A program made the translations under genes and the position numbers. A stretch of 64,000 bases of DNA from an uncultured Candidatus Rokubacteria bacterium (GTDB taxonomy: Bacteria > Methylomirabilota > Methylomirabilia > Rokubacteriales > DASRDR01): NCBI GenBank assembly GCA_963708025.1, contig CAVPSB010000049.1:32001-96000 (forward strand), written 5' to 3'. Positions within the stretch are counted from its first letter, which is position 1, and every line of letters starts with the position of its first letter. The notes under the pieces were generated by a model. It searched no databases. It had not been told where the DNA came from and worked only from the letters and a program-made list of their open reading frames with translations. Positions 62,054 through 64,000 of the stretch are shown piece after piece.

Positions 62054-63031
62054 GTGACCATGGTGGTCAACTGCGCGGCTTATGCCGGCGGGCGCCGGGT
62101 CGCCGACCTCGAGATCGAGAAGATCGGACACGTCCTCCAGGAGGAGGACCGCTTCGTCTGGATCGGCCTCCACGAGCCGACCGAGGACCTCCTGAAGCAG
62201 GTCCAGCAGGCGTTCGGGCTCCACGACCTCGCGATCGAGGATGCCCACCGGGCCCACCAGCGGCCGAAGCTCGAGCGGTACGACGAGTCCCTCTTCGTCG
62301 TCCTCCGCACCGCCCAGATGAACCGCGAGCAGCGGCGCATCGAGTTCGGCGAGACGCATCTCTTCGTCGGCCCCCGGTACGTGGTGTCGGTGCGCCACGG
62401 GGCCTCGCTGTCCTACGCCGACGTGCGGGCCCGCTGCGAGGCGACACCCCGGCTCCTGAGCAAGGGGCCGGGCTTCGTCCTTTACGCGCTCCTGGACTTC
62501 GTCGTCGATCACTACTTCCCCATCGTCGACACGTTCGAGGACGAGCTGGAGTCGCTCGAAGACCAGATCTTCGGGGAGGAGTTCAGCCGCGAGACCACCC
62601 GGCGGATCTACGAGCTGAAGCGCGACCTCCTGGAGGTCAAGCGCGCGGTATCGCCGCTGGTGGACGTCTGCAACCGCCTGATGCGCTTCGATCTCGACCT
62701 CATCCCAGACGACACCCGGCCGTACTTCCGGGACGTGTACGACCACGTGATCCGCATCAACGAGATCGTGGACAATCTGCGGGAGCTCCTGACCAGCGCG
62801 CTGGAGGCCAACCTCTCCCTCATCTCGGTCTCCCAGAACGACGCCATGAAGAAGCTGGCCGGCTGGGCCGCGATCTTCGCGGTGCCGACGATGATCGCCG
62901 GGGTCTACGGCATGAACTTCAAGTGGATGCCCGAGCTGGAGACGCCGTTCGGCTACCCGGTGGTGATGGGAGTGATGCTGGGGGCGTGCGGCTTCCTGTA
63001 CTACCAGTTCAAGCGCTCGGGCTGGCTCTGA
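62054..63031 (+). CDS. corA: magnesium/cobalt transporter
   Basis: LAIEDA...HQRPKLE, VVDHYFP, PTMIAGVYGMNF, MPEL. Confidence 0.95.
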   Translation: MTMVVNCAAYAGGRRVADLEIEKIGHVLQEEDRFVWIGLHEPTEDLLKQVQQAFGLHDLAIEDAHRAHQRPKLERYDESLFVVLRTAQMNREQRRIEFGETHLFVGPRYVVSVRHGASLSYADVRARCEATPRLLSKGPGFVLYALLDFVVDHYFPIVDTFEDELESLEDQIFGEEFSRETTRRIYELKRDLLEVKRAVSPLVDVCNRLMRFDLDLIPDDTRPYFRDVYDHVIRINEIVDNLRELLTSALEANLSLISVSQNDAMKKLAGWAAIFAVPTMIAGVYGMNFKWMPELETPFGYPVVMGVMLGACGFLYYQFKRSGWL

Positions 63032-63036
63032 TCCTT

Positions 63037-63120
63037 CGGGGGGGTCTCGGAAGACCCCCCCGAGCCCCCCCTCGGAGGCCGCGACTGTTGGACGGCCGTC
63101 GGCCTGTGGGCCGCGGCTCG
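63037..63120. repeat. intergenic repeat family B, copy 3 (reverse orientation)
   Basis: CGGGGGGGTCTCGGAAGACCCCCCCG and GGACGGCCGTCGGCCT. Confidence 0.7.
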
Positions 63121-63233
63121 AAGTGGAACGCCGCGGCCGCGCGGCCGAGAACCAGCGGGTTGCGAGAATCCAATGGGCAGAGGAAATCGGACTGGCCGGC
63201 CTTCCTGCATCCTCACTCGCTGAGGGGGATCGG

Positions 63234-64000
63234 GTGAATCTGGCCACGCTCGGCGAGGAGAGTCTCCGGCGGTACGGCGAGTACCCGGCGCTCGTCTTCG
63301 AGGGCCGGGAGCTGACGAACGTCGACCAGCAGCGGGCGGCCAATCGGCTCGCCCACGCCCTCGGCCGGCTCGGCGTCGCTCCGGGCGACCGCGTCGTGGT
63401 GATGCTGCCGAACTGTCCCGAGGTGCTGGAGGCCTACCGCGCCATCCTCGAGATCGGGGCCGTGGTGGTGCCGGTGATCTTCCTCCTGAGCCCGGAGGAG
63501 GTCCGCCACATCCTCGCCCACGCCGAGGCCCGCCTCCTGATCACCTCGCCCGACCTCGCCGGGAAGGCCGAGGGGTGGCCCGGCGCCCGGATCCTGGTGG
63601 GCGGCGAGGCGGCCGGCGCGCCGGCGTACGAGGAGCTGGTGGCCCGGGAGTCCGACGCGTTCACCGCGATCGACCGCGACGACCACGACCTGGCCGTGAT
63701 CCTGTACACCGCGGGAACCACCGGGCAGCCCAAGGGCGTGGCGCTCTCCCACGCGAACCTCGCCTCGAACGCGCGCGCCGCCGCCAGCGTGTACGAGCTG
63801 GACCGCCGCCAGTGGGCCCTGGCCGCCCTCCCGCTGTCCCACTCGTACGGGCTCACCCTGATGAACGCGGGGAACGTCCTCGGCACCCGGGCCGTCCTGC
63901 TCCGCTGGTTCACCCCGGAGGCCGTCCTCACCGCCATCCAGCAGTACCGCGTGCAGGCCATGTCCGGCGTGCCGACCATGTTCGTGTACCTGCTGAACTA
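63234..64000 (+). CDS. AMP-binding acyl-CoA synthetase (partial; runs off the window)
   Basis: Manual translation: GVAPGDRVVVMLPNCPE and ILYTAGTTGQPKGVALSHANL. Confidence 0.88.
   Translation, partial: MNLATLGEESLRRYGEYPALVFEGRELTNVDQQRAANRLAHALGRLGVAPGDRVVVMLPNCPEVLEAYRAILEIGAVVVPVIFLLSPEEVRHILAHAEARLLITSPDLAGKAEGWPGARILVGGEAAGAPAYEELVARESDAFTAIDRDDHDLAVILYTAGTTGQPKGVALSHANLASNARAAASVYELDRRQWALAALPLSHSYGLTLMNAGNVLGTRAVLLRWFTPEAVLTAIQQYRVQAMSGVPTMFVYLLN

Overview
Very GC-rich bacterial DNA. A Rokubacteria/Methylomirabilota-like origin is inferred from gene content only. The window centres on a ~32 kb methylotrophy island at about 16-50 kb. A sigma54 activator and a consensus -24/-12 promoter precede an unannotated pqqA peptide, lanthanide-type xoxF-xoxJ-xoxG and fae. 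These are followed by a formylmethanofuran module whose B subunit keeps its Fe-S and Mo/W ligands and has an FwdD partner, then ftr/fhcD, mch, mtdC and many methanopterin/methanofuran biosynthesis genes, including a FolK-MptA fusion and a PTPS-III-type synthase. The island also holds a probable selenocysteine (UxxC plus SECIS-like hairpin) redoxin and a SoxYZ-like carrier paired with an FCSD-type flavoprotein. The flanks carry moeA, an alternative complex III-like operon without actA, a rrf2-cysK-cysO-mec cluster, a peptide ABC transporter, hem genes, ttcA, a Tat-exported formate dehydrogenase operon with an NrfD-type anchor, corA and a partial acyl-CoA synthetase. Three families of short intergenic repeats recur. 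Many genes, especially at 23.6-28.9 kb, have single-base frameshifts that look like long-read indel errors. No rRNA, tRNA or CRISPR array was seen.
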